From the NCBI GenBank assembly GCA_963750605.1, contig CAVVRN010000018.1, positions 49,680-113,679 of the forward strand: a stretch of 64,000 nt of DNA. The letters run 5' to 3'. Under the pieces are notes generated by a model. That model worked only from the letters and a program-made list of their open reading frames with translations, made no database searches and had not been told where the DNA came from. Shown here one piece after another: positions 10,680 through 22,935 of the stretch. Source of the stretch: Candidatus Bathyarchaeota archaeon (GTDB lineage Archaea > Thermoproteota > Bathyarchaeia > Bathyarchaeales > Bathycorpusculaceae). The position numbers and the translations under genes were made by a program. Within the stretch, counting starts at the first letter, position 1. Every line of letters begins with the position of its first letter.

Positions 10680-10834
10680 ATGGCTTTATCCCAAAAAGTA
10701 ACATTTGAAACATACTTGAAAAATGCAGCAATATTCAAGTTCCAATTGTAATAAGAGGGCAATTCAATCAGTTTTGCCGGGTGAAAAAACCGCGCTTTAC
10801 CGGCCATATCGCAGAGATAACGCTTGAACCTTGA
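10680..10834 (+). pseudogene. Internally deleted AbrB/MraZ-like gene (cassette B)
   Basis: MALSQKVTFET / LEKCSNIQVPIVIRGQF ... FTGHIAEITLEP* matches both ends of the 27635 protein. Confidence 0.75.
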
Positions 10835-10899
10835 AGTAATCAATAACATTCGAAAAAGTCTTATTTACTTGATTTTCACATAGAAGACAGCGATGTAGA

Positions 10900-11280
10900 A
10901 TGCAAGACAATCCGGAAACAAGAATTAAGCAAGATCTTTTTGTCGAAATCCAAAATTTAGAACAAAACTACTCAGTAATGAAGAATTTTCTTTCTGGAAA
11001 AGATTATGATGCCATAACTATCGGGGGTTCAATTCAATCTTTCAAAGACAGCCTAAGCCGCGCCAGCGCATTCGTCCTTGCCTTATACAACCTGAAAGGT
11101 AAACGAGTCAACATTCCATGGGAGCCCCTGTTTACAAGCCTAGACTATGCTTTAGCAACGATTGCTGTTTCTTCATCGCCTAAGCAGAAAGAGGCGGTCA
11201 AAACTATTTTATCAATGTCTGACGAGCAAATTGAGCAGGTTCTGTCTTACTTTTCCGCTCTGAAGGAATCGCTAAAATAA
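10900..11280 (+). CDS. Hypothetical helical protein
   Basis: Clean 126-aa ORF with normal composition. Confidence 0.7.
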   Translation: MQDNPETRIKQDLFVEIQNLEQNYSVMKNFLSGKDYDAITIGGSIQSFKDSLSRASAFVLALYNLKGKRVNIPWEPLFTSLDYALATIAVSSSPKQKEAVKTILSMSDEQIEQVLSYFSALKESLK

Positions 11281-11337
11281 AAGAAAGCTCTTATGAAAAT
11301 AAATAACTAAGAACTGCTTTGACATGCAGTTATTTGT

Positions 11338-11766
11338 TTGAATCGTGAAATTATGTTTAAGCGAATCCTTCTTTATTCTGACGGTGGCGCAAGAGGAAAT
11401 CCTGGACCGGCAGCAATAGCATATTTAGCTTTAACAGAGAAAGGTGAAACAGTAAAGGCAGATTCACATTTCATAGGTATTCACACAAATAACCAAGCAG
11501 AATACAACGCGTTAATAGCGGCATTAGAGTTTGCAGTGTCTCTTAAGGCTGAAGAGGTCGTTTGCCACCTTGATAGTGAATTAGTAGCAAAACAGCTTAC
11601 TGGAGAATATAGTGTAAAGAATTTTGAATTACAGAAGCTATGGCGTCGGGCAAAACAGTTGACTATCTGTTTCAAAAAAATCAGCTTTGTTAATGTTCCA
11701 AGAACCAATCCTCAAATTCAAAGGGCAGATGCGTTTGTGAATAAAACTCTGGATGAAGAATCTTGA
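11338..11766 (+). CDS. rnhA: Ribonuclease HI
   Basis: YSDGGARGNPG, TNNQAEY, DSELV, VPR..N...AD. Confidence 0.93.
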   Translation: MNREIMFKRILLYSDGGARGNPGPAAIAYLALTEKGETVKADSHFIGIHTNNQAEYNALIAALEFAVSLKAEEVVCHLDSELVAKQLTGEYSVKNFELQKLWRRAKQLTICFKKISFVNVPRTNPQIQRADAFVNKTLDEES

Positions 11767-11831
11767 GTGTGCGAGACCTAAAGTTATTAAAAACTTATTT
11801 CATAACATGAATGATTTGACGTGAAGAAAAA

Positions 11832-12218
11832 ATGTTTGTTCATACCAGCATACGCACGAGTAACATGGAGAAGTCCATTGATTTTTATTATAGATTTTTT
11901 GGTTTAGCAGTTTTGAAGAGGCGGGAAATAAAAACGACTAATGCTGAAATCGCTTTTCTTCAAGACCCAAAGGGCGAAGGCTGCACTCTTGAACTTACTT
12001 TTTATCATAATCAAAAAAAATTCAATCAACCTGAGTATGAAGATCGCTTGTTTGACCATTTAGGATTTGAAGTTGCAGACATGAATAAAATTCTTGGTGC
12101 TATGAGAAAAGAAAATGTAAAGATTGCTGATGAACCATTTATGTTTGATTCCAATACGACAATTGCGTTTATTGAAGACCCGGATGGAACTCTGATCGAG
12201 TTAATAGAGAGAAAATAG
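11832..12218 (+). CDS. VOC/glyoxalase (lactoylglutathione lyase-like)
   Basis: HTSIR...MEKSIDFY, LELT, FDHLGF.V, AFIEDPDG..IELIE. Confidence 0.88.
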   Translation: MFVHTSIRTSNMEKSIDFYYRFFGLAVLKRREIKTTNAEIAFLQDPKGEGCTLELTFYHNQKKFNQPEYEDRLFDHLGFEVADMNKILGAMRKENVKIADEPFMFDSNTTIAFIEDPDGTLIELIERK

Positions 12219-12222
12219 TTTT

Positions 12223-12660
12223 TTACTCGTAGAATTTGGGTCTTGCTTTTTTGCTATATTCTTCCATTGCTTTTGCTCTTTCTTCTTCCTCTTTGTCTTT
12301 GATTTGTGCTTCTTTTTCGGCCGGTTGAGCTACTGATTTGTCAAAATCCCCATCCATGTTTTTGTATGATCCTTCAAGAGCGGTTACATAAATTTTAAAG
12401 TCACCAATGGTGCTTTCAGCTTGTCTATGCGACGCATGCACTTGTTGAGAAACAAGAATTATCAAATCTAGCATGCTTCGAAGTGTCTGCTTATCAGCTT
12501 CTGGTGCATTATCGGAATATCTTTGGAAGACACTTAAAAGATCCATAAACATGTTGTCTACTTCTTTGGTTTCACGCTTAAACATGTTTTCAGAAGTAAG
12601 CGATTTGGTTTTAAGGTAAAGCATAAGATTCTTTAAAATAGCTGTATCACAACTGGACAA
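12223..12660 (-). CDS. Hypothetical protein (true start probably downstream of the annotated one)
   Basis: Charged helical ORF. Confidence 0.55.
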   Translation of the reverse strand: MSSCDTAILKNLMLYLKTKSLTSENMFKRETKEVDNMFMDLLSVFQRYSDNAPEADKQTLRSMLDLIILVSQQVHASHRQAESTIGDFKIYVTALEGSYKNMDGDFDKSVAQPAEKEAQIKDKEEEERAKAMEEYSKKARPKFYE

Positions 12661-12757
12661 AACAAAAACCCAATTAAACTATGCAGACTGCCTGAATTAT
12701 GTTTTTTGGTTTGAAATTTATAAAAAATTAAATTTTAATTACTTTTTTACGCTGATT

Positions 12758-13403
12758 CTAAAACACATAAATAAAAAAACACTTCAATGAAGCACCAAGT
12801 ATCCTCAGATTAGCCTTAATTTTTCCGCCAATTCTTGGTTTATTTCGTCTTGGTGGTGCCTCATACATCACTTCACCAATCTTAAAATCTTGCTTTTTAG
12901 CAATGACCAGCAGTTCACCCCCAAAGGTTTCTCCACCCTTCAAATCAAATTTTGCAGTTACTTCTTTTTTGAATGCTCTAAAATTAGAGTAAAAATCAGA
13001 TACCCCAACAATTTTTCCCAATGTTTTGGCGGCCCACCGCTCTGAAAACCTTGGAACAATTGTCCGTGAAGCATTCACTACGTCGACTTCATAAAGTTTT
13101 GTAACTAATGCTGGTATGAGTTCGGGGTTATTTTCCAAATCAGAATCAATGGTTACTATAATGGGAAACTTTGCAAGTTTCATTCCATACAAGTAAGCCT
13201 TTAGTTTGTCCCTCTCGTACTTTCCCAACAGCGACATCGGCATAGCGTTTTGCAACATCAAGCGTTCCATCTGAAGAGTTATCGTCAATAACTATTACTT
13301 CATGCGGAGTGTCAATTGAGAGTAAATCTATTCTAAGAATTAGTTCCTTGATGTTTTCTTTTTCATTCCAAGTAGTTGTTACTACCGATATGCCTTCAAC
13401 CAT
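12758..13403 (-). CDS. GT2 glycosyltransferase (Dol-P-Man synthase-like), frameshifted
   Basis: SVVTTTWNE.ENI, IDDNSSDGT, TIDSDLENNP. Confidence 0.85.
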
Positions 13404-13588
13404 TCGTTATGACACTCAGGATTAGCCACTGCATTTGAAGTTATAAGCTATTTTGCTTAAAATTAAGTCAGTCTTGGATTTTTCAGTCGTATTTCCACCC
13501 GTAAATGACACATAAACTTAAAATAATTGGAAGGACTGATGTGTTAACGAATTCATAAAATTAGGTAAAATTAATAGAGGATGAAAAA

Positions 13589-14896
<1,308 letters not shown>

Positions 14897-15055
14897 ACCC
14901 CTTCCATTTTATTTTTTGTAAAATTTTTAAAAAATAGCTTTCCACTGCAATTTATTGTTTTTTTAATTTAATTGGTTCTATCTTCAGTTTTTTCTAACAT
15001 GGTTTACTCTAAAAGTTTGTTGTTGTAGTTTGACAGTCACAATTGTATATATCGT

Positions 15056-15256
15056 ATGATATCGAGTGCCTTATCTAAGGGTGGCGAATGGATGGATTGT
15101 CAAAATGGGAAATCCTACGTGCTAAAAAAAAATTCTACCGGGGCTAAAGGGGACAGTTCGAGTGGGGCGCTTGATTTGGTGTCTCTTAACGATGTACCGC
15201 TCGAAATTAGGCGCAAAGAAGCAAAAAAACCATTATTCTTAGCCCGCTACGAGTAA
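15056..15256 (+). CDS. Small hypothetical protein
   Basis: 66-aa ORF only. Confidence 0.35.
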   Translation: MISSALSKGGEWMDCQNGKSYVLKKNSTGAKGDSSSGALDLVSLNDVPLEIRRKEAKKPLFLARYE

Positions 15257-15398
15257 GTCACAATTACAAGGGTCAAACAACTTCTTTTAACCTTCTGTTT
15301 TTTACTGGAAGTGATATTCTTAACTTTGTTTATTTTTGATTTGTTTTGTCACGTAGCGCAAGTAAAATAAACGTGTTGTTATGGTTTACGTGTGAGAG

Positions 15399-16131
15399 TT
15401 GAATATGTCTGGAACTGAAACGTTGATTCCTTTCATGAATGATAAAAAGAAGACTGGTGAAGAACCAACGATAATAGTTGATAGCCGTGAGGCAAGAAGC
15501 GCCGAAAAGATTGTTAAAGGCTTAGTTGAACGTGGAGTTAACGTCAAGACTCAGTTACTTGAGAAAGGTGACTATGTTCTTTCTGATCAATGTGCGGTGG
15601 AACGCAAAACAGTTAATGATTTTGTTTACACATTGACTCGGCGCTATCTCTTCGAGCAGATTTTCACACTTAAAGATGTTTATCCAAAATCTCTTCTTGT
15701 GCTTAGAAGGTTATTTGCCAATCATCTACAAGTATAGCAATATCCAGCCAAACGCAATTTGGGGAGCCATGTTTAATCTAGCGAAAAACGGAATATCATT
15801 AGTTAATACTGCATCGTACAAAGAAACAGTTGATTTTCTTTATGTGGCAGCAAGACAAGAGCAAATTGTTGAAAAAAGAAGTCCCGTTGTTCATGCTTTC
15901 AAAAAATGTGAAACCCTCTCAGATGCCCAAGTGTATTTTGTGGCAAGTCTCCCCAATGTCGGGCGGGAAAAAGCAACAGCAATATTAGATTCATATCAAA
16001 CCCCAATGAACGCATTGATCAACGTGGCTGATTGGTCAAAGGCCGTTAACGGACTTGGCCCAGTAATAACTAACAAAGTCAAAGAGGTTTTAAGCACACC
16101 ATACAAAAATGAAGCGTGCAAAGAAACTTGA
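15399..16131 (+). CDS. ERCC4-domain XPF/Mus81-type nuclease with HhH, frameshifted
   Basis: VDSRE, GDY, VERKT..DF, LPNVG, GLGP. Confidence 0.9.
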
Positions 16132-16233
16132 TACCGTTAACGATATCTGTTAAGTTCAGTTGACCGTTAAAGTTTAAAGCCTAAGCCAACATTATTTTAT
16201 GAATCTGCAAAAAACCCCGAGACAATTTGAAAA

Positions 16234-16311
16234 GGGGCTGTCGGCTAGCTTGGTCTAGGCTTGTAGCCTCGGGCGCTATAGACGAGGATTCAAATTCCTC
16301 CAGCCCCACCA
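16234..16311 (+). tRNA. tRNA-Pro(CGG)
   Basis: Acceptor GGGGCTG/CAGCCCC, anticodon arm GTAGC-CTCGGGC-GCTAT, T arm GAGGA-TTCAAAT-TCCTC, encoded ACCA. Confidence 0.95.
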
Positions 16312-16419
16312 TGTTCCTTTTCCATTCACTTAATTTACCGTTATTTTGCATACTGAGTAGTGAATTTCCGTTAACTAAATGTTTTAATTGGTTTTTTGAA
16401 TGGATACTCATCAAGGATT

Positions 16420-17151
16420 TCAAGTTAAGCTTTCAAATAGTATTCTTCTTAGAATAGTTGCACCATCTTTCATTTTCAATTTTTTCTCGCCCAGTCGTTC
16501 TCTATACCCTATTGGGACTTCGATTGTTTCAAATCCTTGTTTTCCAACCTGATGATTCAATTCTACTTCTATGTCAAAACCTTTCGACTTAATGACCCAT
16601 TTCCGAAGAATATCTGCGCGAATAACTCTCAATCCCGTTAGTGGATCTTGTAAATTTATTCCATTAAGAAAACTATCAGCAAAAGCCAGTAGTTTATTTC
16701 CAAATGTAAACCGACCCTGGAAACCGCTTCCCTTTGTTTGTTCACTAAACCTGTTACCGCAAACCATACCGACCTGAGGCATCTTTTCGAGGATTTCAAT
16801 CATTTCAGGCACATATTCAGCCGGATAAGTAAAGTCAGCATCTGTGATAACAACATATTCAACGTCCGAATGCATCAGCTGTACAGCTTTGGATAAGGCG
16901 TCTCCTTTACCTTTGCCATCTTGGAAAAAGATTTCTGCCCCATGGTCTTTGGCGACTTCAACTGTCCTATCGTGGCTGTGTCCATCAATTACTAGAATAC
17001 GTTTCGCATTAAAGTTCTCTGAAAGCTCAGAAATGGTGGCACCCACTCCTTCTTCTTCGTTGAGTGCAGCAATAAATACATTAGTGGGTTGCGCGGGTTC
17101 ATACCTTTGACCGAACATTTTTAATTCTCCAAATATTTTTAGTGGATTCAA
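16420..17151 (-). CDS. GT2 glycosyltransferase (AglJ/DPM1-like)
   Basis: LNEEEG, DGHSHD.T, GKG, DADFTYP, D.LTGLR, GFDIEVE, Y.ER.GEKKL. Confidence 0.9.
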   Translation of the reverse strand: MNPLKIFGELKMFGQRYEPAQPTNVFIAALNEEEGVGATISELSENFNAKRILVIDGHSHDRTVEVAKDHGAEIFFQDGKGKGDALSKAVQLMHSDVEYVVITDADFTYPAEYVPEMIEILEKMPQVGMVCGNRFSEQTKGSGFQGRFTFGNKLLAFADSFLNGINLQDPLTGLRVIRADILRKWVIKSKGFDIEVELNHQVGKQGFETIEVPIGYRERLGEKKLKMKDGATILRRILFESLT

Positions 17152-17703
17152 TTTTCAGCGGACTTTCGAGATGCACTAGGTTAATCAATTGGAGTCAATA
17201 GCGCATGGTTCAATCGACGTTTTGGCGTCGGTTCTAAATTGACCAATTAAGCAACCTACTTATCTCATGTTTATCTAAACCTTCCGAAGACTATTAAACA
17301 AATGTTGGTGTAAGATAACAGCAACACAGCTCTCTGAAGCTTACCCCTTTTTGATATAACCTTCTATGACGAAAAAATGCAATATCAGGGCTTTCTATTT
17401 GAAGTTACTTTTTTGTCCGTCCATGATAAGCACCATCCAATAACAAAAATTAAAACAAGAAAAGGCGATATGATAATTTTCAAAGTTTTATTCCCTTTCG
17501 ACACATCTATTACCCCCGAAATTATTTGTTGTCGAAATTTAAATAAGGTTTTTTGAGAAGCGCACTTTGCTAATTTGTCAATTCCTGTTGAATTTTTAAA
17601 AAAAAGCAGAATCTTCGTAAACAATCGCAAATCGGAGGGTTCAATGATGTGGGAAAAAGTAATTAAAGGATGCCTATTCAAAGATGCGCAGGTGATTGCT
17701 TAA

Positions 17704-18006
17704 ATGTCTAATATGAGTTCCATCATAGAATCGTTACAATCAGCATATCCATCTTCGTACTCGATGCCTCAAAAACGCAATGTGTCATTATTCTTTAATG
17801 TTGGAGTCTTTTGCGCCTTCATTAGTTTGTTTTTGGTCCCGGAAATTTTCGGTTCAGCCGCCATCATTTTGGGCGCTTATACTTGGAAACTTGAATCCAA
17901 TGAAAATCGTAACCGTGGGCTATACCTTATAATATTTGGCATTATTGCGATGTTTGTTGGACTTTATTACACGTCTTACTTTACAATATACGAGATTCTT
18001 CCTTAA
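17704..18006 (+). CDS. Small membrane protein (DUF4190-like)
   Basis: Two to three TM helices; PEIFG..AIILG. Confidence 0.6.
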   Translation: MSNMSSIIESLQSAYPSSYSMPQKRNVSLFFNVGVFCAFISLFLVPEIFGSAAIILGAYTWKLESNENRNRGLYLIIFGIIAMFVGLYYTSYFTIYEILP

Positions 18007-18057
18007 CAACGCTTAGGCTTATTCCAAAACAATGGTTAGGCCGTTTGCTCAAGACTT

Positions 18058-19122
18058 TTAGTTATTTCTTGCCTTTTCATAAGCACCTGCTACAGTCTCG
18101 CTTGTCAAGACCCCCACTACTTTTGTGGGATTTTGTTTGTCAACGACAGGCAATAAATCAATTTTTTCTTTAAGCATATTTTTGTAAGCTTCAAAAACTG
18201 CTTCGTCTGGGTAGGTAGAAATGTTCTTAATCGGCATTTGCTCAACTCTTAAACTGCTTCGTTGGTCTTTTGAAACCTTTATTATTTCACTCCATTTTAC
18301 GATACCTTGGAAAATGCCTTCTTTTTCAACCAGTGCATCGTGGTATCTGGATTTGAACATAATTTCTAGTGCATCAGATATTGTTTGATCTGGACGAACT
18401 GCACCGATCTCAGATTGCATAACATCTTTCACACGGACACTAGCTAAAGTCGTTGAGACTATCGTCTGCTCTGCTTCTTCACTAGCTCCTATGTAAATGA
18501 AGACGCCGATTAAAATCAAAACAAAGTTGAATAGAAGTCCGACAATGACCATTATTATTCCAAATATTCTTCCAATGTAAGCGGCGTATTTTGTAGCTTC
18601 CGAGAACTTCATGCGTTCAGCAAGTAACGCTCTGAATACCCTGCCTCCGTCCATTGGAAAAGCTGGGATTAAGTTGAATGCGCCAAGTAAGAGATTTAGG
18701 TATCCTAAATCTGAAAATAAGTTTCCTGAAGAAAGCACTAGAGACGATGGGTGAAATGGCGGTAATGGAACTACGTAATTTATTGCTAGAAGTGCTGCTC
18801 CAAGTATTACGCTTGTGAGGGGTCCAGAAATTGCCATTCGCCACTCTATTGAGGGATTTTCTGGGATTTCCTCAATTTCTGAGACTCCACCTATTGGGTA
18901 TAGAACAATTTTACGCACCTTAATTCCATAACGCCTCGCAACAACTGAGTGGGCAAGTTCATGGAAAAGCACAAAAACAAATAGGAAAACTATGAGGGTA
19001 AACGAGTAAATATCATTAAAGTAAACCGCATAACCTAACACTGCAAGTATTAAGAGGATAAAGGTAAGATGCAGCTCAATGGGGATTCCCCAAGCAGAGC
19101 CTATTTTAAAAGATAACTTCAT
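18058..19122 (-). CDS. Site-2 (M50) metalloprotease with CBS pair
   Basis: HELAH, AISGP, FNLIPAFPMDGGR and C-terminal CBS domains. Confidence 0.95.
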   Translation of the reverse strand: MKLSFKIGSAWGIPIELHLTFILLILAVLGYAVYFNDIYSFTLIVFLFVFVLFHELAHSVVARRYGIKVRKIVLYPIGGVSEIEEIPENPSIEWRMAISGPLTSVILGAALLAINYVVPLPPFHPSSLVLSSGNLFSDLGYLNLLLGAFNLIPAFPMDGGRVFRALLAERMKFSEATKYAAYIGRIFGIIMVIVGLLFNFVLILIGVFIYIGASEEAEQTIVSTTLASVRVKDVMQSEIGAVRPDQTISDALEIMFKSRYHDALVEKEGIFQGIVKWSEIIKVSKDQRSSLRVEQMPIKNISTYPDEAVFEAYKNMLKEKIDLLPVVDKQNPTKVVGVLTSETVAGAYEKARNN

Positions 19123-19364
19123 AGTTAAAGTGAGGGAACGTTTGCTTTTTAAATTTTCGATAAAGGTCGGTTTTTCAGTTCATGTTTTCTGTCGATTTTT
19201 TACTAATGTATGTTTTTGTCTGCACCTCTTATTTCATGGTGTTTTAATGATAAAGCCAACATAGAAAGTTCATTTATGTCAAGCGTTTTTATGGTAAAAT
19301 TGGCGTTTTTTTCAAAATCACTCTTAAATATAACTACATAAACTCTATTGGTAAGGTCATAATC

Positions 19365-19766
19365 ATGGTAGAGCAAAAGTTAAATGTAACTTTGCTTTCA
19401 GGTCGCACGATAGAGCAAGGTGTCGGCAAAGAGAGGGGTAAAGCCTCGATAGAGTACTTTGATGCTTGTTCAATGTGTTACATGGATGGAGAGGACATGA
19501 AGGCTCTTGGCGTAAAAAATAACACTAACATTTTAGTAACAACCATTAATGGTTCGGTTATACTTAAAGCCGTAAAATATCCTCGTTCGGCTACTCCTGG
19601 CCTGATTTATATTCCCTATGGACCATGGGCAAACGCCGTATGCAGCGACAAAACTACCAGCATAGGAATGCCCTCATTTAAGGGAACTCCCGCTCAAGTT
19701 GAGCCAGCCCATGACAAAAAAGTCCTAAGCATGGAAGAACTTTTAAAGCTTGAATTCGGAAGGTAA
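19365..19766 (+). CDS. fwdD: Formylmethanofuran dehydrogenase subunit D
   Basis: L.SGRT.EQG, IPYGPWAN, GMPSFKG. Confidence 0.92.
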   Translation: MVEQKLNVTLLSGRTIEQGVGKERGKASIEYFDACSMCYMDGEDMKALGVKNNTNILVTTINGSVILKAVKYPRSATPGLIYIPYGPWANAVCSDKTTSIGMPSFKGTPAQVEPAHDKKVLSMEELLKLEFGR

Positions 19767-21243
19767 AAAAATGTCAATAGTTGAATCTGTAACCTGCCCA
19801 ATCTGTGGCTGTTTATGCGACGATATCGAATTAACAGTCGAAAACAATCAAGTAACTAAAGTTAAAAATGGCTGTGCAATATGTGAATCTAAATTTCTCA
19901 ATTATAACTGTTCACACAGAACCAAAACGCCCCTAATCCGAAAGGATGGCAAACTAGTACCTGTCTCAATGACTGAAGCTGTTCATAAAGCAGCAGAAAT
20001 TCTCGTTAACTCCAATTATCCAATCCTTTACGGTTGGAGCTCAACTAGCTCTGAAGCTCAACGTGTCGGGGTGGAATTAACTGAAACAGTTGGCGGCGTC
20101 ATTGATAACACAGCGGTCGTATGCCATGGACCATCTATCTTGGGCGTTCAAGAAGTAGGCATACCCACCTGCACATTAGGTCAGATTAGACACCGTGCAG
20201 ACCTAATAATTTACTGGGGCTGTGACCCTTGGAGCGCACACCCAAGACACCTTGAAAGATACACCAGTTTTACAGAGGGTAGGTTTGAGAAAAGTGAGTG
20301 GAAATCCTACATGCAAAAACTCAAAGCTCAAGCGGGCCAAAAGAAAGTTCAAAGTGCTGAACGAAGCGGTATTTTGCCAGGTCAGCCTCGAAAGCCTCAG
20401 GTTTGTTATATAGGCGGCGTTCCTCCAGCTATGGACAAAGGCGGACGTAAACTAATAGTAATTGATGTCCGAAAAACAATGTCTGCTGAAATGGCTGATT
20501 ACTTCATTCAAGTTGAGCCAAACAAAGATTATGAGTTAATGCAGGCGCTACGCGTTCTTGTTCGCGATGAAGAGCTTGATGTTGATACAGTTGCTGGGGT
20601 TCCAGTTGAGTACCTGAAAGAGGTAGCTGATGCATTAGTGAATTGTGAGTTCGGTGTAATCTTTTTCGGGATGGGTTTAACTCAGACTGCTGGTAAATTT
20701 AGAAACATAGAAAATGCAATATCACTTGTTCGTGACTTGAATAGTCGGACAAAATTCTTGATTATGCCTATGAGAGGGCACTTCAACGTTACAGGTGCAA
20801 ACGTGGTTTCATCCTGGCAAAGTGGGTACCCATATGCTGTTGACTTTTCATCAGGATATCCGAGGTATAATCCTGGAGAGACAACGTGCATGGATGTTCT
20901 TTTGCGGGGAGAAAATGATGCCTCGTTGGTAATTGCGTCTGATCCTGGAGCAAACTTCCCGAAGCGCGCCGTTGAAAACATGGTCAAGCACCCATTGATA
21001 GTTATCGATCCCCACATGAACGCCACTGCCATGCTTGGCGATGTCGTGATTCCATCGGCGTTTGTTGGTATAGAAGTTGAAGGCACAGCTTATCGCATGG
21101 ACTCAGTTCCACTTCCGCTTAAGAAAGTTGTTGAACCCCCAAAGGGAATAATTTCTGACGAAGAGATCCTGGAGAAAATCCTTCATGAAGTCAAAGTTAT
21201 CAAAGCTAAAAAACTGGAGAAAAAAGAGGAGGCTGCACAATGA
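19750..21243 (+). CDS. fwdB: Formylmethanofuran dehydrogenase subunit B (Cys type)
   Basis: CPICGCLCDD, VCHGPS, TCTLG..R.RAD, MRGHFNV.G, G.AYRMD.VP. Confidence 0.95.
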   Translation: MNSEGKKMSIVESVTCPICGCLCDDIELTVENNQVTKVKNGCAICESKFLNYNCSHRTKTPLIRKDGKLVPVSMTEAVHKAAEILVNSNYPILYGWSSTSSEAQRVGVELTETVGGVIDNTAVVCHGPSILGVQEVGIPTCTLGQIRHRADLIIYWGCDPWSAHPRHLERYTSFTEGRFEKSEWKSYMQKLKAQAGQKKVQSAERSGILPGQPRKPQVCYIGGVPPAMDKGGRKLIVIDVRKTMSAEMADYFIQVEPNKDYELMQALRVLVRDEELDVDTVAGVPVEYLKEVADALVNCEFGVIFFGMGLTQTAGKFRNIENAISLVRDLNSRTKFLIMPMRGHFNVTGANVVSSWQSGYPYAVDFSSGYPRYNPGETTCMDVLLRGENDASLVIASDPGANFPKRAVENMVKHPLIVIDPHMNATAMLGDVVIPSAFVGIEVEGTAYRMDSVPLPLKKVVEPPKGIISDEEILEKILHEVKVIKAKKLEKKEEAAQ

Positions 21244-22935
21244 CAGAGTTACTCATAAAAAACGGATTCGTCTTTGATCCCATAAATGGAATTAATGGCG
21301 AAAAAATGGATATAGCCATTAAAGATGGTAAAATCGTTGCCAAATTGAGCGGGCACAAACCTAAGACAATTGACGCAACAGGTTTGACTGTAATGCCTGG
21401 TGGCGTAGATATTCATACTCACATTGCAGGCGGCGAAGTAAACATGGGGCGAATAGTTAGACCTGAAGACCATGTAAAAGATGCCGTAAGCAAAACAATT
21501 TGGACTAGATCAGGATCTGGCTACTCGATTCCATCGACTTTCATTACTGGTTATCGCTACTCAAAGATGGGTTACACAACTGTGATGAACCCATCTATGG
21601 CGCCGCTGGAAGCCAAGCACACTCATGAAGAATTAAATGATATACCTCTTCTGGACAAAGCTTCTTACCCGCTGATTGGCGACTGGTGGTTTGTCCTTGA
21701 GTACCTCAAGAAAGGGGACTTGGAAGCGTGCGCAAGGCATGTCGCTTGGATGATGGATATAACAAAAGGTTATGCCATAAAAATTGTTAACCCCGGCGGA
21801 TTGGAATCTTGGGGTTTTGGACACAATGTTCATAGCATTGATGATCAAGTTCCAAACTTTTGCATAACTCCCAGAGAAATCATTTGTGGCTTAGCTAAAG
21901 TTAACAAAATGCTGAATTTACCTCATTCTATTCACCTTCACACTAACAATCTTGGATTACCCGGAAACTATACTACTACGTTGGAAACCATGAAGGCTTT
22001 AGAAAGCGTGCCTTATGATGGCAGACCCGTTTGTCACATTACCCATTTACAGTTTGCCAGTTTCGGAGGCAACGGCTGGGGAAACATGCGTTCTGCAGCG
22101 GAAGATATTTCCAAGTACATCAACAATCATAATCACTTGACTTTTGACATGGGACAAGTAATCTTCACTGACACCACAACTATGACTGCTGATGGACCAT
22201 TCGAGTACACACTCTACCAACTTAGCGGGCACAAATGGGTTAACAGCGATGTTGAAACTGAGACTAGCGGCGGCATCATCCCATTCCATTATAAGAAAAA
22301 CAATGCGGTAAACGCAACGCAATGGTCAATTGGGTTAGAACTCGCGTTACTGATTGATGATCCTTGGAAAATGTTCATGACTACAGACCATCCCAACGGT
22401 GGGCCGTTTTTTGCTTACCCAAGAATTCTTGCTTGGCTTAGCAGCAAAAACGCACGTATGGCAACCTTGAAACATTGCCAGCAAGAAAGCGCAGAGAAAC
22501 AGTTTGTTGCCTTCAATTAATCGGGAATTAAGCCTATATGAATTAGCTATTATGACTCGTGCAGGACAAGCCAAAGCTTTAGGCCTCAAAAACAAAGGGC
22601 ACCTCGGAGTGGGTGCTGACGCTGACATAGCAATATTCAATATTAATCCTGAAACAACCGATATAGCCCGAAAATACAAGACGGTGCGTCGAGCATTCAA
22701 ACATGCAGCTTACACAATCAAAGACGGCGAAATTGTTGTTAAAGACGGCGAAGTAGTGAGCAAAGCTACTGGCAGAACTATGTGGCTTAATGTACAAACA
22801 AAAGAACCATGCAAGGTCGACGAAGACATGAAAAGACGATTCAAAGAATACTGGACCGTTGACTATGATAATTATCCAGTTTATGACCGTTACGTCAAAG
22901 TTAAAGACCCAATAACAATAAAGGCGAGCGTTTAA
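21240..22935 (+). CDS. fwdA: Formylmethanofuran dehydrogenase subunit A, frameshifted near 22500
   Basis: MPGGVDIHTH, KIVNPGG, TTTMTADGP, TTDHPNGGPF, KGHLGVGADADIA. Confidence 0.95.

Noticed and set aside
10592-10849. 85-aa minus-strand ORF (also 26935-27177)
   Set aside because: Antisense read-through of cassettes B and C
16212-16222. 11-mer AAACCCCGAGA also at ~27962, as a possible att pair
   Set aside because: Short, lies upstream of the tRNA and not at its 3' end, and would enclose housekeeping fwd genes
20110-20135. Selenocysteine in FwdB
   Set aside because: The active-site codon is TGC (VCHGP); no in-frame TGA
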